In this document: in pieces, positions 39,871 through 56,331 of the stretch
Numbering within the stretch: position 1 is the stretch's first letter
How the letters are laid out: every line of letters starts with the position of its first letter
From: the human T2T-CHM13v2.0 reference genome, Homo sapiens
Assembly: GCF_009914755.1 (NCBI RefSeq)
Contig: NC_060929.1
Length of the DNA stretch: 64,000 nucleotides
Strand: one strand, 5' to 3'
The notes under the pieces: generated by a model
What the model was told of the DNA's origin: nothing
Database searches by the model: none
Seen by the model: the letters and a program-made list of their open reading frames with translations, nothing else
Position numbers and translations under genes: made by a program

Positions 39871-41650
39871 TTGGCGACCGATCATGCACCCCTTACCATC
39901 TCATTAAAACCTAATCACCCTTACCCCACTCAATGCCAATATCCCATCCCGCAGCATGCTTTAAAAAGATTAAAGCCTGTTATCACTCGCCTGCTACAGC
40001 ATGGCCTTTTAAAGCCTATAAACTCTCCTTACAATTCCCCCATTTTACCTGTCCTAAAACCAGACAAGGTTTACAAGTTAGTTCAGGATCTGCGCCTTAT
40101 CAACCAAATTGTTTTGCCTATCCACCCCATGGTGCCAAACCCATACACTCTCCTATCCTCAATACCTGCCTCTACAACCCATTATTCTGTTCTAGATCTC
40201 AAACATGCTTTCTTTACTATTCCTTTGCACCCTTAATCCCAGCCTCTCTTCGCTTTCACTTGGACTGACCCTGACACCCATCAAGCTCAGCAAATTACCT
40301 AGGCTGTACTGCTGCAAACCTTCACAGACAGCCCCCATTACTTCAATCAAGCCCAAATTTCTTCCTCATCTGTTACCTATCTCGGCATAATTCTCATAAA
40401 AACACACGTGCTCTCCCTGCCAATCGTGTCCGACTGATCTCTCAAACCCCAGCACCTTCTACAAAACAACAACTCCTTTCCTTCTTAGGCATGGTTAGCA
40501 TGGTCAGAATTCTTACACAAGAGCCAGGACCACACCCTGTAGCCTTTCTGTCCAAACAACTTGACCTTACTGTTTTAGCCTAGCCCTCATGTCTGCGTGC
40601 AGCGGCTGCCGCAGCTTTAATACTTTTAGAGGCCCTCAAAATCACAAACTATGCTCAACTCACTCTCTACAGTTCTCATAACTTCCAAAATCTATTTTCT
40701 TCCTCATACCTGACACATACACTTTCTGCTTTCTGGCTCCTTCAGCTATACTCACTCTTTGTTGAGTCTCCCACAATTACCGTTGTTCCTGGCACAGACT
40801 TCAATCTGGCCTCCCACATTATTCCTTATACCACACCTGACCCCCATGACTGTATCTCTCTGATCCACCTGACATTCACCCCATTTCCCCAAATTTCCTT
40901 CTTTCCTGTTCCTCACCCTGATCACACTTGATTTATTGATGGCGATTCCACCAGGCCTAATCGCCACACACCAGCAAAGGCAGGTTATGCTATAGTACAA
41001 GCCACTAGCCTGCCTCTTAGAACCTCTCATTTCCTTTCCATCGTGGAAATCTATCCTCAAGGAAATAACTTCTCAGTGTCCCATGTGCTATTCTACTACT
41101 CCTCAGGGATTATTCAGGCCCCCTCCCTTCCCTACACATTAAGCTCGAGGATTTGCCCCACCCAGGACTGGCAAATTAGCTTTACTCAACATGCCCTGAG
41201 TCAGATAACTAAAATACCTCTTAGTCTAGGTAGATACTTTCACTGGATAGGTAGAGGCCTTTCCTACAGGGTCTGAGAAGGCCACCGCAGTCATTTCTTC
41301 CCTTCTGTCAGACATAATTCCTACAGTCTGATAACAGATGAGCCTTTATTAGTCAAATCAGCCAAGCAGTTTTTCAGGCTCTTAGAATTCAGTGAAACCT
41401 TTATATCCCTTACGGTCCTCCGTCTTCAAGAAAAGTAGAATGGACTAAAGGTCTTTTAAAAACACACCTCACCAAGCTCAGCCACCAACTTAAAAAGGAC
41501 TGGACAATACTTTTACAACTTTCCCTTCTCAGAATTCAGGCCTGTCCTCGGAATGCTACAGGGTACAGCCCATTTAAGCTCCTGTATAGACGCTCCTTTT
41601 TATTAGGCCCCAGTCTCATTCCAGACACCAGACCAACTTAGACTGTGCCC
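39871..41650 (+). pseudogene. pol: HERV-H pol remnant (RT N-terminus, RNase H and integrase fragments)
   Basis: QYPI, SPYNSPILPVLKP, YKLVQDLR, SVLDLKHAFF; no YxDD visible; FIDG at about 40932; DWQISFT at about 41166; many stops and deletions. Confidence 0.9.
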
Positions 41651-42214
41651 CCAAAAAACTTGTCATCCCTACTATCTTCTGTTTAGTCATACTCCTATTC
41701 GTTCTCAACTACTCATACATGCCCTGCTCTTGTTTACACTGCCGGTTTACACTGTTTTTCCAAGCCATCACAGCTGATATCTCCTGGTGCTATCCCCAAA
41801 CTGCCACCCTTAACTCTTGAAGTAAATAAATAATCTTTGCTGGCAGGACTATGCTGAATCTCCTTAGGCACTCTCTAATCAGATATCCTGAGTCATCCCA
41901 ATTCTTAGACCTTTTATACTTGTTTTTCTCCTTCTGTTATTCCATTTAGTTTCTCAATTCATCCAAAACCATATCCAGGCCATCACCAATCATTCTATAC
42001 GACAAATGTTTCTTCTAACATCCCCACAATATCACCCCTTACCACACGACCTCCCTTCAGCTTATTCTCTCCCACTCTAGGTTCCCACGCCGCCCCTAAT
42101 CCCGCTTGAAGCAGCCATGAGAAACATCACCCATTCTCTCTCCATAACACCCCCCCAAAATTTTCGCCACCCCAACACTTCAACGCTATTTTGTTTTATT
42201 TTTCTTATTAATAT

Positions 42215-42227
42215 AAGAAGGCAGGAA
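42215..42227 (+). other. Polypurine tract
   Basis: AAGAAGGCAGGAA directly before the 3' LTR. Confidence 0.9.
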
Positions 42228-42680
42228 TGTCAGGCCTCTGAGCCCAAGCCAAGCCATCGCATCCCCTGTGACTTGCACGTATATGCCCAGATGGCCTGAA
42301 GTAACTGAAGAATCACAAAAGAAGTGAATATGCCCTGCCGTACCTTAACTGATGACATTCCACCACAAAAGAAGTGTAAATGGCCGGTCCTTGCCTTAAG
42401 TGATGACATTACCTTGTGAAAGTCCTTTTCCTGGCTCATCCTGGCTCAAAAAGCACCCCCACTGAGCACCTTGCGACCCCCACTCCTGCCCCCCAGAGAA
42501 CAAACCCCCTTTGACCGTAATTTTCCTTTACCTACCCAAATCCTATAAAACGGCCCCACCCTTATCTCCCATCGCTGACTCTCTTTTCCGACTCAGCCCG
42601 CCTGCACACAGGTGAAATAAACAGCCATGTTGCTCACACAAAGCCTGTTTGGTGGTCTCTTCACACGGACGCGCATGAAA
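42228..42680 (+). promoter_or_regulatory. 3' LTR7
   Basis: TATAAAA at 42544-42550, GGCCCCACCC directly after it, AATAAA at 42616-42621. Confidence 0.97.
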
Positions 42681-45588
42681 ATAATCACTTTTATTTACTC
42701 CAATTAGATTATTTTAGACTAGTTAAGCTCACAGAAAAAGACTTTCCACATAAGTAACAGGAAACCCAAGAAGGGAGAAGGAAGGAAACTTAGTAATCAA
42801 TAGAGAGAAGAGACAGAAGCTTACTATTAATTGTATAGCAAATAAATATCACATTAATTACAGAAAATAAGTCTGTAATGGGAATAAAATGCTGCATTTA
42901 AAAGAAATCAAAACTAAATAAAACCAATGAAGTATTTCTTGGCTTCCTAGCACACTTTCTAATGAACCGTTCACACCTCATGAACAGAAATGCCTCAGCA
43001 AGCCCTACTTCTGTTCTATTATACCATTAATAAGTCCAGCATATCGTAGACATTTTGAAGTAAGCAAAGAACACTACTGTGTTCTATTTCACTTTTGAGG
43101 TTTTCACACCAAGAATTATCATTTTCATTTTGCCTGTTTTCTCAACTGACCTTGGTGTTAAATTCAATTATTTTTAAAAAATCATATTAATAACAGCATG
43201 ACCTGAGAAACCAATTTGTGTCCCCAGAACAAAGTGAGATAGTGGAAACATAATCGACTGATGAGGAAAGAAGCATATTATGAAATGAAATTTCAGATTC
43301 TTATTTTTGAAACTTGTTCTATTTACAATATAAAAACCATCAGTAGAGAAGATATCACTAAGCTGAATTTTGGGGGCTATCTGAAGGCTGGCAAAATGCA
43401 AAAATGTTTATATATGTGGTTATAATATGTCTTATATCACACTAGAATAGCTTCCTCATGCTATTTAGTGGGGAAACCATACTACTCACTCTCTTTCTTC
43501 TATATCTCATCCTACTTTAATTTTCTATTTCAGCATTTATTGAGTGGGCAGTGACATGCATAGCAAGATAATAGAAATGGTATTAGAATGCTTTTGTAGG
43601 AATTGACTAAAAGAAAGGAGAAATGAATTTTAAATTGGACTGGGGACTCTAATATACACATTTTTAAATTTCTTCCTTGTTGATTACTATGGCTGCTCTA
43701 GTATAATATTGTGGTTCTGTAAAAAGAAACACACTAACTATCCCCTTACTTATTCTGCCAATTACTTTTCGGTGTATACTTGTAATTAAACCCATTTTGG
43801 GATTCGTGTCAACCTTCCCTCACAGCGATCAATACTAAATGGTAACAAAGGGAAAGAGAAGATATCTGTTGTTAGTAGATTTTTGCCTGTACTTGTACAA
43901 ATAAGATTAGAAGCTGCATGTAGAGCGAGCTGTGAGTACATGACATTTTCCCAATAACTGTTTTCCATTATTTTGAAGTGTGCATGAAACTCCTGCCACA
44001 CTGAATCTTCTCAGTCACAGCCACATGTCACTGAGGATTCAGCTTTGGTGGTTCTTCAGCTCTCTGACACAAAGCAACAACTATGTTACCCCCATTCCCT
44101 TCCCCGACCCACCACCCAAAAGACTGATGCATTCCAAAAGAATTCCAGAAAGCTGGAAACAAAATAACCTCTTTCAAAACAAATATTTAGTATTATCACA
44201 AATTCACAGACAAAAATTCCAATTTTTAAAATCACAAAATCAGATATACTATTGCTTAAAACATGAATTCGGAAATCAGTAAGTTGATGTCCACATAATA
44301 AAATATCATCACACAATTCACTGAAAAATGTCTTTTTTATTATATTTTTCTTTCATGAAGACATTTCATGGCTCCAAGTACTTGTTTTTTTGAGAATAAA
44401 GTCGCATCACAGAAGATATTCTAAGGTCCTGAATTTTCAGAACACAAAACGGCTGGGAGCATATTCAAGATAGATTTATTCTTTTTAACACTTCAAAAAA
44501 AGGTGGAAACTACAATAAAGTAGCTTTACTTTTCAAACAACAGCTGTGTTAAAATACCTACTATGGCTATAGCATAATGTAAAGTCCGTACTCACATTGC
44601 AATTATTATCAGAAAACAGTTTACAATTCAAAAACTTTTTACCATCCTTATTAAATTATCCTGGGTTAAGAGCATAATGTCAGCTCTCTGAAATCTCCAT
44701 TTCATTGCTTTTGCTGGTTTTCATAAGACTAACCCTTAGAGGTAGGGATACTTATACATCTTGAATTACAAGGATTTATGCTCTTTTCTCGGTGCCTGAG
44801 ATTTATATTCATCAGTGTTAAAGGTTGTTAGATGTATAAATCTCTATGGATCAAGATAAGAACATACACTCAAAAGGGATTCCTAAGTACTGTTTGTATT
44901 TACCATGAATGTCCTTGTTACTGTGGCTGTGTGATTTGAGTTCATATGCATACATATTAGAAATGTAAAATATTAGATGTCACATTTCTTTCAACTGCTC
45001 TTGAAACAGGATAAAAGAAACAAATTAAACGTGAAATCTGTACCCAGGCAAGTGTTCATATTTTCCTTTCATCTGTGTTCTAGCATTTAATTGCAGACAC
45101 CATTGAACCATACTCATGACACAAGTTGCACTTTGTCACAGAGCTGATGAAGAGAATCATGGAGCTATACATGCCATGATTCCAGGTTAGTTATTCAGCA
45201 GGCAACATTGCTGAACTTCATACTTACGTAACAGTTTTCCAACTTGGAGCAGCATGTTTTTTTATTTGAAAAAAAAAAAAAAGAAAAGAAATTGCTGAAA
45301 GATTTCTTGGTTTCTACGAGAGGAACTGCAAAAACACACAATACCTTTTATTTTTTTACATTCTTTTATCATGCTAGCAAAATATAATTCCATTTTCAAG
45401 CCAAAACAGTAGCTACTTTTCCCCTTTATTCTTCATAAACTTTCATATTATTATATAACGGTTACAGGACATGATTGCTTCCCACAGAGTATAAAGTGGC
45501 TTAGTGGACATCGTAACACACTTTCATGAGCAACTTAGACGTCCTTGTGTTTTCAGTTGTACAGAATAATTTATCTATTCTTCATACA

Positions 45589-45766
45589 TAGGGCTGTCAG
45601 ATAAAATACAGGATTTCTTGTTAACTGAATTTCAGATAAAGAATAACTTTTTAGCATAGAATATTTCTTTAAATATTTGGACCATATGTATATTTAAAAT
45701 TGTTTACTTGAAATTCAAATTTAAATGGATGTTCTGTATTTTTATTTGCTAAACCTGGAAACCCTA
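45589..45766. mobile_element. MER53 palindromic MITE
   Basis: TAGGGCTGTCAGATAAAATACAGGA...TGAATTTCAGATAAA...TGAAATTCAAATTTAA...CTGTATTTTTATTTGCTAAACCTGGAAACCCTA, with self-complementary arms. Confidence 0.85.
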
Positions 45767-47654
45767 TTCAATAACCTATAATTCTTGAGTGTGAATATTT
45801 TAGGTTGTTAACATATAGTTTAGTTTAATTTGGTTTTGTTTTGCTAAATTTCTGTTGCAGTGGAATTCAATGTAAACTTAATAAAGTCATGCAAAATCAA
45901 AAATCTAAAAGGACAAACCTGTTTAAATTATTAGAATCTTTTGGTTATCTGAAACAAGGGCAGTTTTAAAAATAATGTCACTTTTCTACTTGAAAGGGAC
46001 AGTACCATGTGGGAGAATGGAGAGCTCAGGGGACCTATAATGAGATACAGGCCTTTCATTGGTTTGAATATAGCCCTAGGTGGTAGTGACTGAAAGTTTT
46101 TGCCATCTGGTACCTGATCAGTGGCTGATGTGAAGTTGTTGATTTCACTTCTTTTTTAAAAAAATCAAGGCAAAAAACAAATGTCTAGAAGAAGAGCAGT
46201 TTTACTGTCTACCACACCTTTATAAACTTGACCAAATCATTTCACTTATCTTGCTCCTAATTTCTTCTTGTCTGCCAAAGAAAATATGATAGTAGTCATC
46301 TGTATATCTATCCTTTAATTAAAATATCATCTGGTATTATAAGTAAATTTGAAGATAAAACATACTTTAGGCAGTTGTTCCTTCATTTCAATTGGGAATT
46401 GGCTACAGGTCTCTATTTGTAGTAAATGGGAATCGTCTGTTCTGAAGATTTTCAAAGAAGTAACCATTAAAATTCTTTAAGAGCCTATTGTGCCCCCAAA
46501 GATGAAGGTCAAAATTATTCAATTTGTTATCTGGAAAGGCTCTTAGGAAAGCTCTACTGTACCAGCAAAGCACAAGGCCATTACCTTTCTCTAATATTAA
46601 TTTTCCACTACCCTCCCCCACTCCATTGTCTTTTATTTCAGTTTTGGTAAAAAAGATGAGCACAGTGATTTCATAAGAAAATCTGAATTTAGAACCCATA
46701 TCTGCTATTCCATGCCAGGTAACCTTGAAAATGTCATTCGAACTTGCCAAAATGCTAAATAATATAATTCTTGTAACTATTTGTTCCAAGGACTTTTTTT
46801 TTCCTGCAAACATTAGAAGGAATACAAACTTCATACCTGTCTTTTAGGAAAATTTACTTGACAGTATGTGAAAAAAGCCTTAAAGTTTCATTTTCCACTT
46901 CAGATAGGGTGATGGAGAGGGGGAAAGCAAAAGGAGAAAAATACAGAGACACAAAGAGCCTGATGTTTTCCGGGAGCTGTGAGCAATTCAGAATAGATAC
47001 GGTTTGAAATATCAAGAGGCAGGGAAAGATTCACCTGGAGGCACTGTAATGGACCACCTCACGGAGGGTGATGTTTGCCATACTAGGGATTTTATACTCT
47101 ATTTTTCAGACAGTGAGAAGTTTGTTAAGCAATAGTTTAACATCTTCCTTGTGTCTTAGGAACTGTCCAAACGGAGGTGGTTAGATGGGAACATAGCAAG
47201 AATTAACACAAAGGGAACTTGAAAAGTTATGGCAATAATCCAGGCCAAAAAAGATGAGAGCTTGAATTAAAGAAACGGTGAAGATGGGGGGAGAGTTGGA
47301 TATTAAAGCAATTAATGAGATGGATTTAGCTAGGCAGTGACAAGATGGAAGTAGGACAAGAGAGAGAGATGTCCCCTAGGTTTATACCTTGGGTCATTAT
47401 GTAGACATTTGTGTCATTTAACAGCATTTGGGAATTCATAGACATATTTTTGTAGGGGAAAGACAATGAGTTTTATTTGTAGCCTGTTGGATTTGCCACC
47501 ATTGCAGGTCTGGAAGGATGAGTTAACCAGTAGTCAGCAATATTATTAAGGTATATAGAGTTGACAGGGCACAACTGAGCTACAGACATGGGTGCAGGAG
47601 TTTAACTGGTCAAGGTTCTTAGTTGTAGATCACAAAATTACACTTGTGTAATTG

Positions 47655-48048
47655 ACCAAATGGAGCCAAGGAAGGACATGAATGGAGAATTCTCATGCAC
47701 CAATGCCTGATCATAAGAACTATCACTAAAGACTGCAAAAACTACAAACTTGCACAAAGGTCACCACAACCTTACCAAAAATAGATATTTCTGGGAGGAC
47801 ATCTGCCCAACAACTGCCTGTCCAATCTTGGACTGACAACACCCTTGCTATTGATCACTGTAGCCAAGGATAATTGTTTGAAAAAAAATAACAACTTGTA
47901 TAATTCTCCTTATTTTTCTTTTAAAAACCTTTGTCTTCTTTTACCTCCCTGAATACACCCAAAATTTACTACTGCACCATGTTCCTTTTGCAAGGCTCAT
48001 TCTCAAACAAATATTTTGTTTTAGAAAGCCTCTTTTATTTAGGTTGCC
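47655..48048 (+). mobile_element. ERV1 (MER4-group-like) solo LTR
   Basis: GGAGGACATCTGCCCAACAACTGCCTGTCCAA..TTGGACTG...TGTAGCCAAGGATAATT, ending TTTAGGTTGCCA; exact family not assigned. Confidence 0.55.
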
Positions 48049-48861
48049 AGTCTTAACAACAGCCCTAAGTAAGTAATATTATTACCCCCATTTTACAGTG
48101 GAAACAAACAACTAACTTCATCGTATTTTAGGAGGTATGTTATGTCACCTTGGCTAATGTAAATGAGATGCCAAATTAACAAGAGCTTTTTTCTCACTCT
48201 GATGTGGAATAAATGTGCAAGATAATATCGCAGTGCTCCTTCACAAATGTGCCAAGGAATCATCTTCCCTCTGTCTTGTTGCTCTGTCATCTTCAAAATA
48301 TGGTTTCCAACTCATGGTGCCCCATGGTTACTTCTGCCCTCACCATCTTGACCTGATTCCAATTAGCAAGAAGGGAGTAGAAGGAAGGCAGAAACAGAAC
48401 CATATGGCTGTACCTACAACTGAAGAAGGCTGAGTAGCCCAGCTAAAATTGGACAGTTGTATTACTAAAAGAAGAAAGTAATGATTTATTTGCAAGGAAG
48501 GATACTATTCTGAAAACATTTTTGAAAAAAATAGGCTTGAATGAAATATTGAACATTTTTCTTTTTATCCTGATTTCTATAATTTCATGCAATTTACATA
48601 AGTATCAATTTATCCCCAACTTTTGAAGGGTGAGGTAGCATCTGTAGAATAAAATAAATAAAAACTAAACTTCTGCCATAACACATTGGGCCAGGCACTT
48701 AATCTCCTACTGTATTTTTTTTTAACCTCGTTTGCTAAATTACAATAAACATAAGCCAAAAATGGGAAAAGGACACTCATTTTTTCAAATGTAAGGTAAA
48801 TGTTTGTTACTATTCTTCCGTTTATCTAGAGGGAGGTAGGCAAGGGGGGAGTGAGGGGGGG

Positions 48862-48868
48862 GAGAGAA

Positions 48869-48935
<67 letters not shown>
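48862..48935. repeat. (GA)n microsatellite after a G-rich purine tract
   Basis: Uninterrupted AG repeat at 48877-48935. Confidence 0.97.
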
Positions 48936-48939
<4 letters not shown>

Positions 48940-50009
48940 AGGACTCACTTGGACTCATTTTCAATTATTGCTTTATCTGTGTTCTGTTTGGGTGGAGAGA
49001 GAAAATCCCTATTCTTTTAATTGGACTATATCCCAGAGCTGTCCCAATTTACTTAAGATGATTCCCAGCACCAAATTGTTCTTACAGTCAGGAAATTGTT
49101 CTTGATAATCAGGCCACATTTGTTTTATTCTTGGTTTATATTCACCCTGTGTATAAATCCATCATCTATTTCTTTAATCAACTTTAGTTGTACATCTCTG
49201 GACTAGTTTATTGGTATCTTTTGGATCCTAGATGGCGGAATGAATGGAGCTTTTTCTCATTAGTATCACGAGGAGAAGAAACATGTTTCTTTCCATTGGC
49301 ATTATTTTATTCACTTCATGGAAGCTTTAGTTTTATTTATAATAATAACATAAAAATTCAGATCTATATAAGTAATGTTAGATTTCATTCATCTTTATCA
49401 TTTTTATGCTGTTATCTGATATGGATTGCATCTGTATCAGATAAAGGTATATACACATTCTATATTATTTAGCTTTGATTTTACCCCACAGTTTCACTTA
49501 GTATTGACCATACTGCATTATGGTCAGTGATAACTTAATAGGACAAGTCATTTTTTTCCTTCTAACGTTCATCAGGAAAGGAAACTGCCTATCTACCCAA
49601 CCTAACATCCATGGTGTCAGGGCATCTGCCTGCCTGACTGATGGCGCATTAAATTACACTCTGCCAGGTCTCAGCTTGATATAAACTCTCTGACACTTAT
49701 CCTGATAGCATGACCCAATACCCAGTTCAGTAATAGTTTTTATCTAATTGAGAAAGAGAGCTAGATGTTTAAAAATCACAATATTAAAATGAATTTTAAT
49801 TCAACCAGAGGTACCTATGTGCATATAATTTAAAATATCACTGAGGAGGCTTGGTACCCAAGAGAACCTCTTACTAAGAGGAGTTTCAAAACCTGAAAAA
49901 TCAGTATTGGTTACATAATTTCTCTTTAGACATGAACACTTCGCAAATGTTATTTGCTCAATCTCTATTCATAAGGCAAACATAAAGTGATGAAATTAAT
50001 AGTAGCAGT

Positions 50010-50225
50010 ATTGGTAGTTAATACACATAGCACTTCTATGCAGCAAGCACTTCACATATCTTCACAATAGTCTCATGGACATTATTAGTAACTCATTGTA
50101 AATATGAGAAAACTGAGGCACAGAGAGATTAAGGAACCTGGCCAAGATTATACAACTAGTGGTGGAGCCATAAATTAAACATACAATCTGGCTCCAGAGT
50201 TTGTACCCTTAACCATTATGCTATA
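50010..50225 (-). mobile_element. MIR
   Basis: ATGAGAAAACTGAGGCACAGAGAGATTAAG.AACCTGGCCAAG...TCTGGCTCCAGAG...CTTAACCATTATGCTATA core. Confidence 0.85.
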
Positions 50226-51697
50226 GATGTCTAAAGACAAATATGTTTTAACATGCTAGTCTTCTCTCTTTTCTGATTAGCTGGTTGTTAAGAAAAAATG
50301 TTGGCAAATAGATGATAATGAAGGGGGCAGTTTAAGACAAGCATCCATGTTACCTCGATGGCAAGGAAGGCAAACAGAAGCACAGAGATAAGATAACCAT
50401 GAAAGCCACTAAGCCTTCAGCATGAACACTGTCTCCCAACAATTTGATGATCATTCTTCAGGATTTTGTTAATATAAATGCTGTATTTTAATTATTTCCA
50501 ACATATACGTCTTTGTAGTGATAATAAAATTTCCTATATTTACAATGTTTTTAGAGGTCAATTATTTTTCTTAGTTTCTATTGCTTGCAAAAACTCCCAG
50601 TTTAGCACAGGCTGCAAAGTTCCCCAATGTGCTATTCACAGATTCTTTTTGAATCATTAATAAATGACAAATGTTAAAAATGATCAATCCCAATGCCAGT
50701 TTTTGTTGCAAACTTCTAAACACCTCCTACAGTTTTGTGTCATTGCCACTTTATTCTCCGGCTTTATTTATGGTCCAAAATCTAGTTTTGAATCCGTATG
50801 ACTATTTTCACATCTATTCTACATTTGAATCAATTCAGCAAATAATAAAGTGTGGCATCAATTTTTTCCTATAATTGAAACATTAAATATCTATTGCACT
50901 TACTTTAGCCTATATTTATTGGAATATCTTTTAAGTTGCAAAAAGAAGAAATGAAAAAAATGTTTGATCACTCATAATATTTACTGAGTGCATATTATTT
51001 ATATTAAAACATAGCGTTTGGGGCTAATGAAACAACATTCTTATAATAGCATGAAAAATGTTGTAGTATTTTATACTTAGGTTCAAGTAATAAAGCATTA
51101 TGTCCTTAAAATGGTCACTACAACCAGACAAAACTGGTGATGTAAAGCAATATAAAATAAACAGGCCTAACACTACACCCTGAAATGGCAGCGAAAGTCA
51201 CTAATCACAAGTATTTGATACCTAAAATACTAATACTTTTATATATATATATATAATTATAATAGAATATATATATATTATAAGTTCTGGGATAGCTGTA
51301 CAGAATGTGCAGGTTTGTTACATGGGTATATATGTGCCATGGTGGTTCACTGCACCCATCAACCTGTCATCTACATTAGGTATTTGTCCTAATGCTATCC
51401 CTCCCATTGCCCTCCACCACCCAACAGGCCCCAGTGTGTGAGATTCCCCTCCCTGTGTCCATGTGTTCTCATTGTTCAACTCTCACTTACGAATGAGAAC
51501 TTGCAGTGTTTGGTTTTCTGTTTCTGTGTTAGTTTGCTGAGAATGATGGTTTGCAGCTTCATCCATGTCCCTGCAAAGGAAATGAACTCATCCTTTTTTA
51601 TGGCTGCATAGTATTGCTATGTGCCACGTTTTCTTTATTCAGTCTGTCATTGACGGGCATTTGGGTTGGTTCCAAGTCTCTGCTATTGTAAATAGTG

Positions 51698-55250
<3,553 letters not shown>

Positions 55251-55299
55251 TGGTTATTTTGGACATTAGTTGATGCAGTTTCTTCTTAGTGTCAATGGT

Positions 55300-56331
55300 C
55301 TTTACATTATGGTTTGCTTTTGCAGTGGCTGGTACCAGTTTCTCCTTTCCATATTTAGTGCTTCCTTCAGGAGCTCTTGTAAGGCAGGCCTGGTGGTGAC
55401 AAAATCCCTCAGCATTGGCTTGTCTGTAAATTATTTTATTTCTCCTTCACTTATGAAGCTTAGTTTGGCTGGATATGAAATTCTGGGTTGAAAATTCTTT
55501 TCTTTAAGAATGTTGAAGATTGGCCCCCACTCTCTTCTGGCTTGTATGGTTTCTGCATGAGATCCACTGTTGGTCTGATGGGCTGCCATTTGTGGGTTAC
55601 ATGACCTTTCTCTCTGGCTGCCCTTAACATTTTTTCCTTCATTTCAACCTTGCTGAATCTGACAATTATGTGTCTTGGGGTTGCTCTTCTCATGGAGTAT
55701 CTTAGTAGTGTTCTCTGTATTTCTTGAATTTGAATGTTGGCCTGTCTTGCTAGATTAGGGAAGTTCTCCTGGATAATATTCTGAAGTGTGTTTTCCAGCT
55801 TGGTTCCATTCTCCCAGTCACTTTCAGGTACACCAATCAATTGTAAGTTTGGTCTTTCCACATAGTCTCATATTTCTCATATTTGTTCCTTTTCATTCAT
55901 TTTTCTCTAATCTTGTCTTCCTGCTTTGTTTCATTAAGTTGATCCTCAATCTCTGACATCCTTTCTTCTGCTTGATCAGATCAGCTATTGATAATTGTGT
56001 ATGCTTCACGAAGTTCTCGTGCTGTGTTTTTCAGCTCCATCAGGTCATTTATGTTCTTCTCTAAACTGGTTATTCTAGTTAGCAGTTCCTATAATTTTTT
56101 TTTTTTAATCAAGTTCTTAGCTTCCTTGCATTGGGTTAGAACATCCTCCTTTAGCTCAGAGGAGTTTGTTATTACCCACCTTCTGATGCCTACTTCTGTC
56201 AGTTCGTCAAACTCATTCTCCATCCAGTTTTGTTCCATTGCTGGTGAGGAGTTGTGATCCTTTGGAGAAGAAGAGGCATTCTGGTTTCTGGAATTTTCAG
56301 CCTTTTTGTGCTGGTTTCTCCTCATCTTCAT
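55300..56331 (-). pseudogene. L1 ORF1, fragmented
   Basis: MRRNQHKKAENSRNQNASSSPKDHNSSPA and ERPNLQLIGVPESD...ENFPNLARQ fragments; frameshift at the homopolymer near 56095. Confidence 0.9.

Larger units (their letters stand above)
37169..42680 (+). mobile_element. HERV-H provirus (LTR7-HERVH-int-LTR7), common deleted ~5.5-kb form
   Basis: Two 453-bp LTRs (TGTCAGGCC...CATGAAA), TSD ATAAT at 37164-37168 and 42681-42685, tRNA-His PBS, PPT, gag/pro/pol remnants. Confidence 0.98.

Noticed and set aside
39494-41650. Functional retroviral protease/RT/integrase
   Set aside because: Catalytic motifs are mutated or missing (NTE for DTG, LKHAFF, no YxDD) and there are many stops.
37200-42439. Near-identical MSQEKDFHKV ORFs at 37200-37382 and 42230-42439 resembling a duplicated gene
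   Set aside because: They are antisense frames of the two LTR7 copies.
46403-46834. 143-aa minus-strand ORF
   Set aside because: No recognisable domain or convincing splice context; consistent with a chance ORF.
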